The notes beneath the pieces are model-generated. The model had not been told where the DNA came from, did no database searches, and worked only from the letters and a program-made list of their open reading frames with translations. From Acidobacteriota bacterium (GTDB taxonomy: Bacteria > Acidobacteriota > UBA6911 > RPQK01 > JAJDTT01), in contig OZ242374.1 in assembly GCA_965209055.1 (NCBI GenBank), positions 1,120,001 to 1,184,000 of the forward strand: 64,000 bases of DNA, written 5' to 3'. Position numbers and translations under genes: made by a program. Below, piece by piece: positions 37,352 through 47,400 of the stretch (positions are counted from its first letter, which is position 1; each line of letters starts with the position of its first letter).

Positions 37352-37938
37352 TGCTTCCTCCCCATGTAGGTCTTCACGTGGTCCTTCACCACCAACCTGG
37401 CGCGGTAGATGTCGGTCTTCACCGAAAGCAGCGAGCGGCCCACGATTCTTGAAATCTCTTCGTACTTCATCTTCTGGAAAACAGCCAGCACGAACACGTC
37501 ACGATACTTGGGCGTGAGCGACCGCAAGGCGCAAAGAATGATCTCATTGAGCTCTTGAGAGAGAACCGCCCGCTCCGGATGCAGATCCATGCCCTCGTCG
37601 GCCAGGAGCCAGTCCAGGGGACCTTCCTCTCCCTCCAGGGAGATTTCACTGACCTTCTTGGTGCGGCGGAGCTTCTGGTAGACCTCGTTCCGGGCGATCC
37701 GATAGAGCCAGTAGCGAAACTGTTTCGGGTCCCGGAGCTTCTTGAGTTCCCGGTGAACCTTGAGGAAGGTTTCCTGTGTGAGGTCTTCGGCATCTTCCTT
37801 GGAGCCGATCAGCCGTAAGATAAAATTGTAAATGCGCTTGACGAACAGCTCGTAGAGCGCATGAAAGTCGGCAGCCGAACCCTGCTGGGCCCTCTTGACG
37901 ATTGCCGCCAACTCATCCGGGCTGATTTCGTCTGGCAT
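37348..37938 (-). CDS. ECF RNA polymerase sigma factor
   Basis: DAEDLTQETFLK..FRYWLYRIARN and region 4. Confidence 0.92.
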   Translation of the reverse strand: MPDEISPDELAAIVKRAQQGSAADFHALYELFVKRIYNFILRLIGSKEDAEDLTQETFLKVHRELKKLRDPKQFRYWLYRIARNEVYQKLRRTKKVSEISLEGEEGPLDWLLADEGMDLHPERAVLSQELNEIILCALRSLTPKYRDVFVLAVFQKMKYEEISRIVGRSLLSVKTDIYRARLVVKDHVKTYMGRKQ

Positions 37939-38100
37939 ACGTACGGACTAAAACGGAATTCAGGCCGCCCCAACCCGTCTCTCCGACATTGCCAAAGCTA
38001 CCAGCCCTCCTCTCTTCCAATCACTTTAGGAGATGACCCTGGCGGCAAAAAGTCGCAAGCGGGGGACGGGTGAGGGAAGTGGTATCATTGGCCATTATGC

Positions 38101-39786
38101 TTGCGGACGAGTCTTTCCGGATTCGTTCCCAACGGCCGGCTCGCGACTCGGCTCGAACGCCCGTCGGCGGCCCGGCGAATCGAATCGGAGTTTAATCCAA
38201 CCGTGAGTCGAACTGGCGGGAGGCGCGGGTATGGCAGAAGGCTGGGGAGCTTCGGCTTCTTCGCCTCCCTGGTGGCCGCGTCGTTGCTCTCGGCGCTGAT
38301 CTGGCAGTTCATCCCGAGTACCGGGGACGATTCCCACTACCGGCCGGATCCGGGTTCCTCCCGGGGAACCGCCGGCTGGAGCCGGGCGGACCGGACGGTG
38401 GCGGGTTCGTTTCCGTTTCCCCGCTCCTTCGGCTCGTCATCGCCAAGCCCCGGCGCCGGGACGTTTCAGACCTCCCGCTCCTCGTCGTCCGGCCGGCGCG
38501 CTTCGTCCCCGCGCCGCCGGACCAGCCAATCGAGAAGCACCTCGCGCGGCGCCTCCCCCGCAGTCGCCGCCTCCACCGGCGGGACCGCGGATGCGGCGGG
38601 TCCCGGAGCCGCAGTCGAGCCGATCGCTCCCGGGGGCCGCTCCACGGACGACATGATGGCCCGGGCGGACGAGCTCCGGCAGTTCGAGCGCGACTACCAG
38701 GCGGCCTGGAGCCAATTCAGCTCCGGCCTCTCGCCGGGGAACCCCTATATGAACGCCCGCAATCCCTTCCGGCGGGCGTTCCTCGACCGGGCGGACCCCA
38801 ATGACGTCACCGGCGACGACCCCGTCGACGAAACCGGAGACACCGGCGATCCGTCCACCGCCACGCCTCCGCCGGAGATGCCGAATCCGCCGCCCGCGCC
38901 ACCCGTCGGACCCGACCCCGTGCCCCCGGCTCCCCCTCCGCCCCCGTTTCGTCCCGGGGGCGGCGTCATCCGCCCGGACCCCCCCTTCGACTTCGTCGTG
39001 GTCGGCGACTACGGCTCCGGAGGGAGCGCCCAACGGGTCTACAAGGGCCGCCGGGACGCCCGGAACCGGTTCATTCTGGAAAACGACCGGACCTTCACCA
39101 TCGGGCCCAATCCTGAAGGGTACCGGGTGTTCGACGAGGACGAACGCCTCCTGGTGACCGACTTGAACGAGGACGGCCACCTGGACATGGTCCGGGCCAT
39201 GAACGGTCCCCTGGGCGCCCTGCTGAAGACGGAAATCGGCGACGGCACGGGCCAGTTCGAGCTCCAGGCACAAGGTCACCTTCTCCGCCGGCAGGTCCTG
39301 AATTTCGCCCTCTTCGATTTCGGCGGCGATGGAGAGTCGGAAATCGTCCTGGTGACCGACGTCGGACCCGGACTCACCATCTACACGCGGGACGGCGAGC
39401 AGTGGGTCCACGACAAGGAACTGGCCTTGGACTTTTCGCCCGGAATCGTCATGACCTCCAACCTCAGGCGCCTCGACAAGCGACTCTACATCCTGGACCG
39501 GGACATGGGCCGATCCATTTATTTCTCCACCTTCTTTCACGACGGGCGGCCAAGGCGGCTGACGTTTCCCCGGTACTCCCTCCACACCCTGGAAATGGAG
39601 GGCCCGGACGAAGAGGCGGCCCCGGAAGTGTTGGTCTACGAGGACTTCGGCTGTTTTTCCGTTTTCGAGAAGACGGAGCAGGGCTATGCCCTCTACGCGT
39701 CCTTTCCGGCGCCGCAATATCCCGGCTTGATTATCGTGGGAGACTACTTTAGGCTTGACTTCCGCCAGATGGTGGTGTGGTGGTGA
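38101..39786 (+). CDS. Membrane-anchored FG-GAP/VCBS-repeat protein with Ser/Pro-rich linker
   Basis: DLNEDGHLD and DFGGDGESEI motifs; one TM; start uncertain. Confidence 0.65.
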   Translation: MRTSLSGFVPNGRLATRLERPSAARRIESEFNPTVSRTGGRRGYGRRLGSFGFFASLVAASLLSALIWQFIPSTGDDSHYRPDPGSSRGTAGWSRADRTVAGSFPFPRSFGSSSPSPGAGTFQTSRSSSSGRRASSPRRRTSQSRSTSRGASPAVAASTGGTADAAGPGAAVEPIAPGGRSTDDMMARADELRQFERDYQAAWSQFSSGLSPGNPYMNARNPFRRAFLDRADPNDVTGDDPVDETGDTGDPSTATPPPEMPNPPPAPPVGPDPVPPAPPPPPFRPGGGVIRPDPPFDFVVVGDYGSGGSAQRVYKGRRDARNRFILENDRTFTIGPNPEGYRVFDEDERLLVTDLNEDGHLDMVRAMNGPLGALLKTEIGDGTGQFELQAQGHLLRRQVLNFALFDFGGDGESEIVLVTDVGPGLTIYTRDGEQWVHDKELALDFSPGIVMTSNLRRLDKRLYILDRDMGRSIYFSTFFHDGRPRRLTFPRYSLHTLEMEGPDEEAAPEVLVYEDFGCFSVFEKTEQGYALYASFPAPQYPGLIIVGDYFRLDFRQMVVWW

Positions 39787-39941
39787 CGCGGTTACGAATG
39801 TTGCGACTTTCGAGAACCTGTGGCATCTCTAGGAAAATCAGTTTCGGCGGAACAAGTAGCGTGTTTTTGTAGTCGGACGGCAGTATTTCGGTGCGGTCCG
39901 CGTTATTGTTTCCAATCGTCATTTTGCAGAGGAGTAAGGGA

Positions 39942-40586
39942 ATGAACAAATCGAGAGCGATGCTTTTTTCGGCAGTCCTGCTGACCGTGGCCTTCGGCGC
40001 AACGGCTATGGCAGGCACCTCAGTTTCCTTCATGGCGGCCGGGCACACGTCAGAGCAGTCTGCCGTTTTCGCCAGCTACCTGGTCAGCATTCCCAATGAA
40101 GATCCCATGTATGCATTCGACACGGCCATTTCCGTGAGCAACGTCCTGGCAGCGCCGGCCGGGATCGACGCCACGGGCGGCTATGGCGAGGGCTACAACG
40201 AGATGGGCACCCTGGAGATCTACCTCTACAACCGGGACGGCACCATGATGATGCATGAGACCTCCATGGATTCGCCCGGCTCCGGTTTGACCGACGGGAT
40301 GCTCGGCAAGGGCCAGACCTACACTGTGCTCTTGAGCGAGATCGTGGGTGACATGGACTTCGTGGGCTACGGCTGGGTCGTGGCCAACTTCGACGGTGTC
40401 GCCGGAACCCGCACCGTCATCGGCAGCTTCGTGAATCAGCACGGAACCATGTCGCCGCCCGTGTCCCGCCATGGCGCAGGGATCAAGCCCATGATGGTGA
40501 GCTCGGACATGGACATGGGGCACGACGACGATGACGACGATCACGATCATGATCACGACGACGATCACGATCACGACGACGAGTAG
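39942..40586 (+). CDS. Secreted beta-rich protein with His/Asp-rich tail
   Basis: Signal peptide, RBS GAGGAG, tail HDDDDDDHDHDHDDDHDHDDE. Confidence 0.8.
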   Translation: MNKSRAMLFSAVLLTVAFGATAMAGTSVSFMAAGHTSEQSAVFASYLVSIPNEDPMYAFDTAISVSNVLAAPAGIDATGGYGEGYNEMGTLEIYLYNRDGTMMMHETSMDSPGSGLTDGMLGKGQTYTVLLSEIVGDMDFVGYGWVVANFDGVAGTRTVIGSFVNQHGTMSPPVSRHGAGIKPMMVSSDMDMGHDDDDDDHDHDHDDDHDHDDE

Positions 40587-40717
40587 CGGAATACTCCGGT
40601 CTTGAACACCGTCATCGCCGCATGGTGACGGTGAGGTTCCCTGCAAAATATTTTCCAGGCAGGGACTCGCGCTGCCGAACCGGGAAATCCGGGGACGGGA
40701 GCAACGGAAGTTGAAGT

Positions 40718-40763
40718 CGGGGGCTGCCCCTGGGTCAAGGAGCAGCCCCCGGCTCTTTTTCTT
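40718..40763 (+). terminator. Rho-independent terminator
   Basis: CGGGGGCTGC...GCAGCCCCCG followed by a T-rich tract. Confidence 0.7.
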
Positions 40764-40851
40764 TGTCCATCGTTCAATACGGTTCTTTCCCACTTGGGAC
40801 GTTCTCCCGAGTGGGAATTTTTGGTTCCGTTCGTTTCGGGAGGCTCCGGAC

Positions 40852-41727
40852 ATGACTTGGCTGCTCCTTTACCTGGGCCTCTTCTCAACTCCCGCCGTCG
40901 ACCCGGAATTGGAGAAGTCGGTCCAAACCTTCTGGGACCTGCTTCAGAAGGGCGACAAGGTGGGAGCCCTCCAATACGTCGTTCCGGAGAGCCGGAATCC
41001 GTTCCTCAACCGCCCCGCCAACAACTTTCGCTCCTGGGAGCTGGACCGGATCGAACTCCGATCCCCGGACGAAGCGCTGGTGACGGTGAAGGTGCAGCAG
41101 ATGCTTTTGCCGTCTGCGAGCTACTATCCCGTGCCCACCCGCGAGATCTGGATACGCCAGCCGGACGGATGGCGGATTCGGATTCTTCCCCGGAATCCGG
41201 AGCAGATCAGAAGGGCGTTCATCGGCGGCCCGGCGCCCAAACCGACCGGCCCGAACCCGGGAACGTTGGAGGTGGTCCCCCGGCAGGTCAAGATCCACTT
41301 CCTGGACCGGACGCAACAGGGTGCGGTCCGGATTCGCAACGGCCTGTCTGAAACGGTCCACATCTCTCGAATCGACTACGACCGGACCCGTTTCGAGCTG
41401 CTGGAGAGCGCCGGCTCCGTCGCCGCGGGCCAGGACCTCCGCCTGTCGTTCCGCTACATCGGGAACGAGTCCGGGAAGGGCTTGAGCAACGAACTCCGCC
41501 TTCTGCTGAAACGGGGCGGCGATGAAGATGCCAGGGAGCAGCTCTTCACCGTCCGAGTCCTCTACAACTACGTGAGTCCCGGCGCCAGAGGCCTCCTGGG
41601 TCTCACCGGGAAAAAGCTGGACCGGCTCAAGCGCGGCGAGTCCGTGAAGCCCGTGGTCGACAGCCCCGTGTCACCCCCTCCCCTCCCCGGCCTCCCCTCC
41701 GCCGTCGAGCCGGAAGCCAAGCCGTAA
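40852..41727 (+). CDS. Exported hypothetical protein
   Basis: GGGAGG RBS and a short hydrophobic N-terminus. Confidence 0.65.
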   Translation: MTWLLLYLGLFSTPAVDPELEKSVQTFWDLLQKGDKVGALQYVVPESRNPFLNRPANNFRSWELDRIELRSPDEALVTVKVQQMLLPSASYYPVPTREIWIRQPDGWRIRILPRNPEQIRRAFIGGPAPKPTGPNPGTLEVVPRQVKIHFLDRTQQGAVRIRNGLSETVHISRIDYDRTRFELLESAGSVAAGQDLRLSFRYIGNESGKGLSNELRLLLKRGGDEDAREQLFTVRVLYNYVSPGARGLLGLTGKKLDRLKRGESVKPVVDSPVSPPPLPGLPSAVEPEAKP

Positions 41728-41847
41728 AAGGAGTGAGGAAGGCGATTTCAATCGCCCGTTCTTCTCTTCTCTCTCACACCCATTCCCTCCCGCGGCCAGC
41801 CCATAACCGAATTGCACTCAACATCGTTCGGAAGTAATGTGATGTAA

Positions 41848-42096
41848 ATGCAATCAACTGACATCACAGAAACCAAGACCCAGATTACCGCGCGCCTGCC
41901 GAATACGGTGGTCAGCGCGCTGGATGCAGCCGCCCGCCGTCTCAGGCGCAGCCGGGCGGAGGTCGTCCGCCGGGCGGTCGAGCGTTACCTCGAGGATTTC
42001 GACGATCTCTCCGCAGCCGTCGACCGGCTGCGGGACCCGAGCGATCCGGTGCTGGATTGGGACCAGGTCAGGCGTGATCTTCTCGATACGGATTAA
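41848..42096 (+). CDS. CopG/RHH antitoxin
   Basis: QITARLP..LDAAA...SRAEVVRRAVERYLED. Confidence 0.85.
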   Translation: MQSTDITETKTQITARLPNTVVSALDAAARRLRRSRAEVVRRAVERYLEDFDDLSAAVDRLRDPSDPVLDWDQVRRDLLDTD

Positions 42097-42340
42097 GGCC
42101 AGCGCGGCCAAAGAGTTGAATCGGGTCGTCAAGCCGGACCAAAGACGGATTGTTGCGGCCATCGACCGCTTGGCGGAGAATCCTTTCCTCGGCAATGCGC
42201 TGAAAGGAGATATGCGGGGCCTCCGCCGGCTTCGCGTCGGGGATCACCGTGTCATTTACGAAGTGGGCGAATCGATCCTCGTCGTGCTGGTTGTCCGCGT
42301 CGCCCACCGCCGGGATGTCTACCGGCCAAGACCGGATTGA
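42074..42340 (+). CDS. RelE/StbE-family toxin
   Basis: LKGDMRGLRRLRVGDHRVIYE...VAHRRDVY; overlaps the antitoxin gene. Confidence 0.85.
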   Translation: MIFSIRIKASAAKELNRVVKPDQRRIVAAIDRLAENPFLGNALKGDMRGLRRLRVGDHRVIYEVGESILVVLVVRVAHRRDVYRPRPD

Positions 42341-42354
42341 AGACGGACCTTCGA

Positions 42355-42432
42355 GGAGGGGCGATTTCCAATCGCCCGTTCGTTGGTGGTAGATAGGCGC
42401 TCCGGATTCCGGCGGTTGGGAAACCGCCGCTC
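42355..42432. repeat. Intact REP doublet (unoccupied attB-like copy)
   Basis: GGGCGATTTCCAATCGCCC and CGGCGGTTGGGAAACCGCCG. Confidence 0.85.
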
Positions 42433-42435
42433 GTG

Positions 42436-42681
42436 TCAGACGGCGCCGCGGCCTGATCCCACGAAGTATTCCCGGAGCACGTCGAGAGTGCCTTCGGTGC
42501 GGGCCATGCGTTCCCCCAGCGAGACTTCCATCCGAGCCATGCGCTTCTCCAGCGAAACTTCGAGGTGGGACATGCGTTCGCGGATATCGGCGCGTTCCCG
42601 TGCGGCTGCGCGGGACTGCGTGAGGATGAGGCCGCCGAGTGTGATGGTGGCGGCGATGATTGCCATGAGTTCAAGGGTCAT
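42436..42681 (-). CDS. Small TM plus coiled-coil protein (paralogue of 53324-53611)
   Basis: Shared MTLEL start and ERMAR.EGTLDVLR..F end. Confidence 0.7.
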   Translation of the reverse strand: MTLELMAIIAATITLGGLILTQSRAAARERADIRERMSHLEVSLEKRMARMEVSLGERMARTEGTLDVLREYFVGSGRGAV

Positions 42682-42720
42682 CGGACTGTTCCTTTCACTC
42701 ACTCTCCCCGATGCCCAATT

Positions 42721-43662
42721 TTACTCCGCCCCGCCAGGTGGATCAACAGGAGACCGGTGCGAGGGGCGTCGTCCGCCCTCCCGCAGACCCCGGTAGAAAC
42801 CCCCCGCCCAGACCGCCAGCCCCGCCGCCAACCCGGGAAGCCGCGCCAGGGCCTTCATCCACACCATATTATTAATAAGGAACAATCGCCCCATGATCAG
42901 GGGCAACCGCCACAGCGGAAGCGCCAGGCTCAGCGCCGGGCAATGCCGCAGCCACGAACCCGGCACGCGCTCCAGGGTCCGAAATCGCCCACTCCAATAC
43001 CCCAGGCGTCCGAGATGAACCCGGGCCCGGTCCCAAGCGACGTCGTTCGGGTGCCAGACCCCCGTCGACCCCTCGAAACAGAGCCGTCCTCCCCCGCGCC
43101 GCCCGATCTTCCGGCAGAGCATCAAGTCCTCCGCCATCTCCATTTCCTCGTCGAAGCCCCCGCAAGCCGCCAGGTCCGCCTTCCTGACCAGTAGATTGCA
43201 ACTGGACAGGGCGTCCCGATCTCCCGAAGCCAGCCCCGGCAGGAACGACGAGAACTCGATCCAATGCAGCACCTGGCCCGCCGCGCCGGTCCCCGGCGGG
43301 AGCCCCACCCACCCCGAAACCATGGCGATCCGTTCCGAGGACAGCAGGCGGGCATGAAGCGTCTCCAGCCACCCGGCCTCCGGGACCGCATCCGCGTCGA
43401 CAAAAGCCAGCACGGCGCCGCGCGCCTCCGCCGCCCCCCGGTTCCGCGCCGCCCCCGGAAACAGCCGTCCCTCCCGAGACACCACCCGGACCCCGGGAAA
43501 TCGCCCCTCGAGCCGCCGCGCCGCCTCGTCTCCCCCCGACTCCACCACCAGGACCTCGAAATCCAGTGACGTCTCCTGAGCTTCCAAGGCCTCCAACAGC
43601 CGGGGCAGCAACTCGGCATGCCCGTAGCAAGGAATGACCACACTGACCGCCGGACCTCTCAT
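42721..43662 (-). CDS. Glycosyltransferase family 2
   Basis: VSVVIPCY, GAARNRG, FVDADA and GGFDE..AED motifs. Confidence 0.9.
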   Translation of the reverse strand: MRGPAVSVVIPCYGHAELLPRLLEALEAQETSLDFEVLVVESGGDEAARRLEGRFPGVRVVSREGRLFPGAARNRGAAEARGAVLAFVDADAVPEAGWLETLHARLLSSERIAMVSGWVGLPPGTGAAGQVLHWIEFSSFLPGLASGDRDALSSCNLLVRKADLAACGGFDEEMEMAEDLMLCRKIGRRGGGRLCFEGSTGVWHPNDVAWDRARVHLGRLGYWSGRFRTLERVPGSWLRHCPALSLALPLWRLPLIMGRLFLINNMVWMKALARLPGLAAGLAVWAGGFYRGLREGGRRPSHRSPVDPPGGAE

Positions 43663-43832
43663 CACACCGGAATCGTAACAGGAGCGACGGAGCGACGACT
43701 TTCCAGTCGCCAAGGGAGCGGAGCGACCCAATTCGTCAACGTTCCTTCCTCATTTTCCTTCGTTACTTTTTCTCCTTTCTCCGTTATGGAATGAGTCGCC
43801 TTCACCATCTGCCGCAAACCTTGCGGGGGAAC

Positions 43833-44478
43833 GGGGCGGCGGTTTCCCAACCGCCGATTCCCGAGCAGGAGGAGCACAGGAGCGCAGCCGGGCGATTAGG
43901 AAATCGCCCTTCCAAACACTGGGGCGGGGGCGGCGGTTTCCCAACCGCCGATTCCCGAGCAGGAGGAGCACAGGAGCGCAGCCGGGCGATTAGGAAATCG
44001 CCCTTCCAAACACTGGGGCGGGGGCGGCGGTTTCCCAACCGCCGATTCCCGAGCAGCGGGAGACCAGGAGCGCAGCCGGGCGATTAGGAAACCGCCCTTC
44101 CAAACACTGGGACGGGGGCGGCGGTTTCCCAACCGCCGATTCCCAAGCAGCAGGAGAACAGGCGCCGTACCGGGCGATTAGGAAATCGCCCTTCCAAACA
44201 CTGGGGCGGGGGCGGCGGTTTCCTAACCGCCGATTCCCAAGCAGCAGGAGAACAGGAGCGCAGCCGGGCGATTAGGAAACCGCCCTTCCAAACACCGGGG
44301 CGGGGGCGGCGGTTTCCCAACCGCCGATTCCCGAGCAGCAGGAGAACAGGAGCGATGCCGGGCGATTAGGAAATCGCCCTTCCAAACACTGGGGCGGGGG
44401 CGGCGGTTTCCTAACCGCCGATTCCCGAGCAGCAGGAGAACAGGCGCCGTACCGGGCGATTAGGAAATCGCCCTTCCA
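43833..44478. repeat. Tandem array of ~7 x 94-bp REP doublets (BIME-like)
   Basis: Unit is GGCGGTTTCCCAACCGCC, a linker, GGGCGATTAGGAAATCGCCC, then TTCCAAACACT. Confidence 0.95.
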
Positions 44479-44495
44479 ATCGCCTTCCCTCTCCC

Positions 44496-47400
44496 CTATC
44501 GACTCCAATCCTCCTCCGCCGGAATCCCGCGACTCGTCAGCACTTCCATTCCCGGCTCCACCGCCAACGCGGACACGGCATCGACCCCGCTCCCGTCCCC
44601 TGCCGCCGGACCCCGAAAAATCCCCCGGATCTCCCCTGTCCGCGGATCCCGCAGGATGCTCACCGGCCGGTCGGTCTCCTCATCCAACCTGGCCGACCCT
44701 CCCGGCCCCGACAGCGTGATGCCGGCCAACTCGCCGGCCCATCCGGCCCGGACGGGCAGAACAAACGCGAACGACGACCTCCCGTCCCCGTCGGCCAGCT
44801 CCGGCATGGCGAAGCTCAACGAAAACAACTCCTCCCCGTCCCCATCCTTCCCCGTAATCTCATACTCCCCGCCGGACCGCGGAAGCCGCGCCGGAGCATC
44901 CACCACGAACGCCGGCTCCAGGTACGGAGTCCCGTCGGACCCGACGCCGCCCCAAAGCAGGAGGCTCTTCGCCGGCGCCGCCACCAGCGCGGACCCCTCG
45001 GCGCTGCCTGCGGCGTACAAGCGGTAACGGAGCGCGTTGGTGAAGTGATAAGCGCCGATCCACTGGGCCTCGGTGCGGCAGTAGGCCATCAGATCCGGCC
45101 AGACCGGCGGAAACACCCGCCCAGGCTCGATGAGATCGTATCCCCAGTCGCCGATGGAACCGTCCATCTGCGGAAACGCCGGATCCAGCGCGGCCGGCGC
45201 GCCGCAGGGCGCATGGGCCAGGCTCAAGTTGTGGCCCAGCTCATGCGCCATGATCACCGGATGGGGTATGGAGAAACTGATCAGGCCGGGTCGTTGGCCC
45301 AAACCGGCGAGACCACCGGTGAACTCGCCTCCAATCGTGCCCATGTAGTACCCACCAGCCCCTTCCATGGCATGGATGATTGCGGTTTCGCCGAACAGCG
45401 ACACGGGGTCGTTGGTCGAGGTCGACACGGGCGCATGGGCCTTGACGTCGAGTTCCTTGATGGGCAGCAGCGCCCGTGTCTCCTTGAGCAGGGGATGGCC
45501 CCCGGGGTCACGGGCCATGCCTTCGGCCAATTCCACGATCGACGAATCCGGATTCTCATCCCATAGGAATGGAATCACGGTCAGATCGAAGACCGGCATC
45601 GTCCGGACGTCGACCGCCAGGCGGCCGCTCTCCGGGATCCGCTTCGTCACGCCCGCATCGGGACCCGGCGTTCCCTCCGGGTCGACGTCGATCACCATCT
45701 CCAATCCCGGTTGCACCACCGAACCGGGCACCAGAACGTTGGCGGAGGCGTTCAGATCCCCTTTGTAAAACTCTCCCGGTATCGGAACCGGCTTCCCCGG
45801 AATGTCCACCACGTGCGTCATCGTCCCGTTCCGATAAAAAGTGGCCCGGACCGGAGGGAGATCCGACCCGGTCCCGCGGTCCGGTTCCACGAACACCCGG
45901 AGCAGGGCTTCCTCTCCCGCCACCAGCGGCACCGGGAATTCTCGCGACTGGACGGCCTGAGTCAGGATCACGTCCGGCGGATCGCCGGCGCCGCAGATCC
46001 CGATCCGCCGTTTCCAGACGCCGGACAGCCAATCCTGAAACCCGGCGTCCGAAGGCGCGCAGAGGTTCGCGCCGTGGGCCAGAAGTTCCTCCAGCCGGCC
46101 CAGATCCGTCAGCCGGGCGGGCAACGCTCCGGTCATCCCGCCGTTATTCGAGAGCACGATGCTGCGCAAACTCTCCAAGCCACCGAATTCCGGCGGCACG
46201 GCGCCCGTCAGTTCATTGTCCTGCATCCGAAGGAACTCCAGCCTGGTCAGTCTCCCCAGTTCCGGCGGGACGGCGCCCGTCAGGGCGTTCCCTTCGAACC
46301 ACAGCCCTTCCAGGTTCTCGAGGGCGCCCAGTTCCGGCGGGATGGAGCCGGTCAGATCATTCCAGGCGAGGTCCAGCGTCTTCAGGCTGGCGAGCGACCC
46401 CAACACCGCCGGGATCGTTCCCGTCAAGCCGTTGGCCCGGAGCCACAGGCTCTCCAGGTTGGCGAGTGCGCCGAGTTCCGGGGGAATCGGGCCGGACAGG
46501 GAGTTTCCCCTGATCCACAAATTCCTCAAGTTCGTGAGCGAGCCCAACTCCGGCGGGATGGAGCCGGTCAGGCCGTTCCCGTCCAGGTTCAGGTCCGTCA
46601 GGTTGGCGAGCGACCCCAACTCTGCCGGGATCCCTCCCGTCAACATGTTGCCGAAGAGCCGCGACGTCTCCAGGTTGGAGAGTGCGCCCAGTTCCGGCGG
46701 GATCGGCCCGGTCAGCCGGTTGTAGTTGAGGTTCAGGTGGATGAGCTCGGCGAGCGAGCCGAGTTCCGGCGGGATGGGACCCGTCAAGGCATTGTAGCCG
46801 AGATTCAGATCCGTCAAGCGGGTGAGCGAGACCAGCTCCACCGGGATCGTTCCCGTCAAGTTGTTGTTCGAGAGATACAACGTAACCACGCGCCCGTCGT
46901 CGTCGACTCCGACGCGGCGCCATTCCTCCAGGGGACGGTCCGTCATCCAGTTATCCCGCTCGGTCCAGTGCGGACCCCCGGTCGCATCGAACAGCACCGA
47001 CAGGATTTCCCGGTCCGACGGAGGCGGACAATCCGTGCCTGTCCCCTCGTGAGACGGTATGCCGCTCATCCACGCCCGGAACGATTCCCCGGCCGGGACA
47101 CAGAGATCGGTGTCCGCGTAGTGGAAGTCCTGAAGCGAAGTGAGTGAAGACAGGGACATGGGCAGGCGGCCGGAGAGGGCGTTGCCGCCGATCCTCAGCT
47201 CGGTCATCTGCCGCAAACTCCCCAAGTTGCCGGGAACCCGCCCCTCCAGTCCGTTGCCGGCCAGGTCGAGCGCCGTGACCCGGCCCTGGGAATCGACGCT
47301 GACGCCGTGCCATTCTCCCAACGTTCCTTCTCCGCGCCACCCGTCCGAGTTCGTCCAGTCCGGGCCGCCGGTGATTTCGAAGAACGCCTCCAGCACCGCC

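Noticed and set aside
43833-44478. CRISPR array
   Set aside because: The spacers are near-identical, the units are REP doublets found elsewhere in the window, and there are no cas genes.
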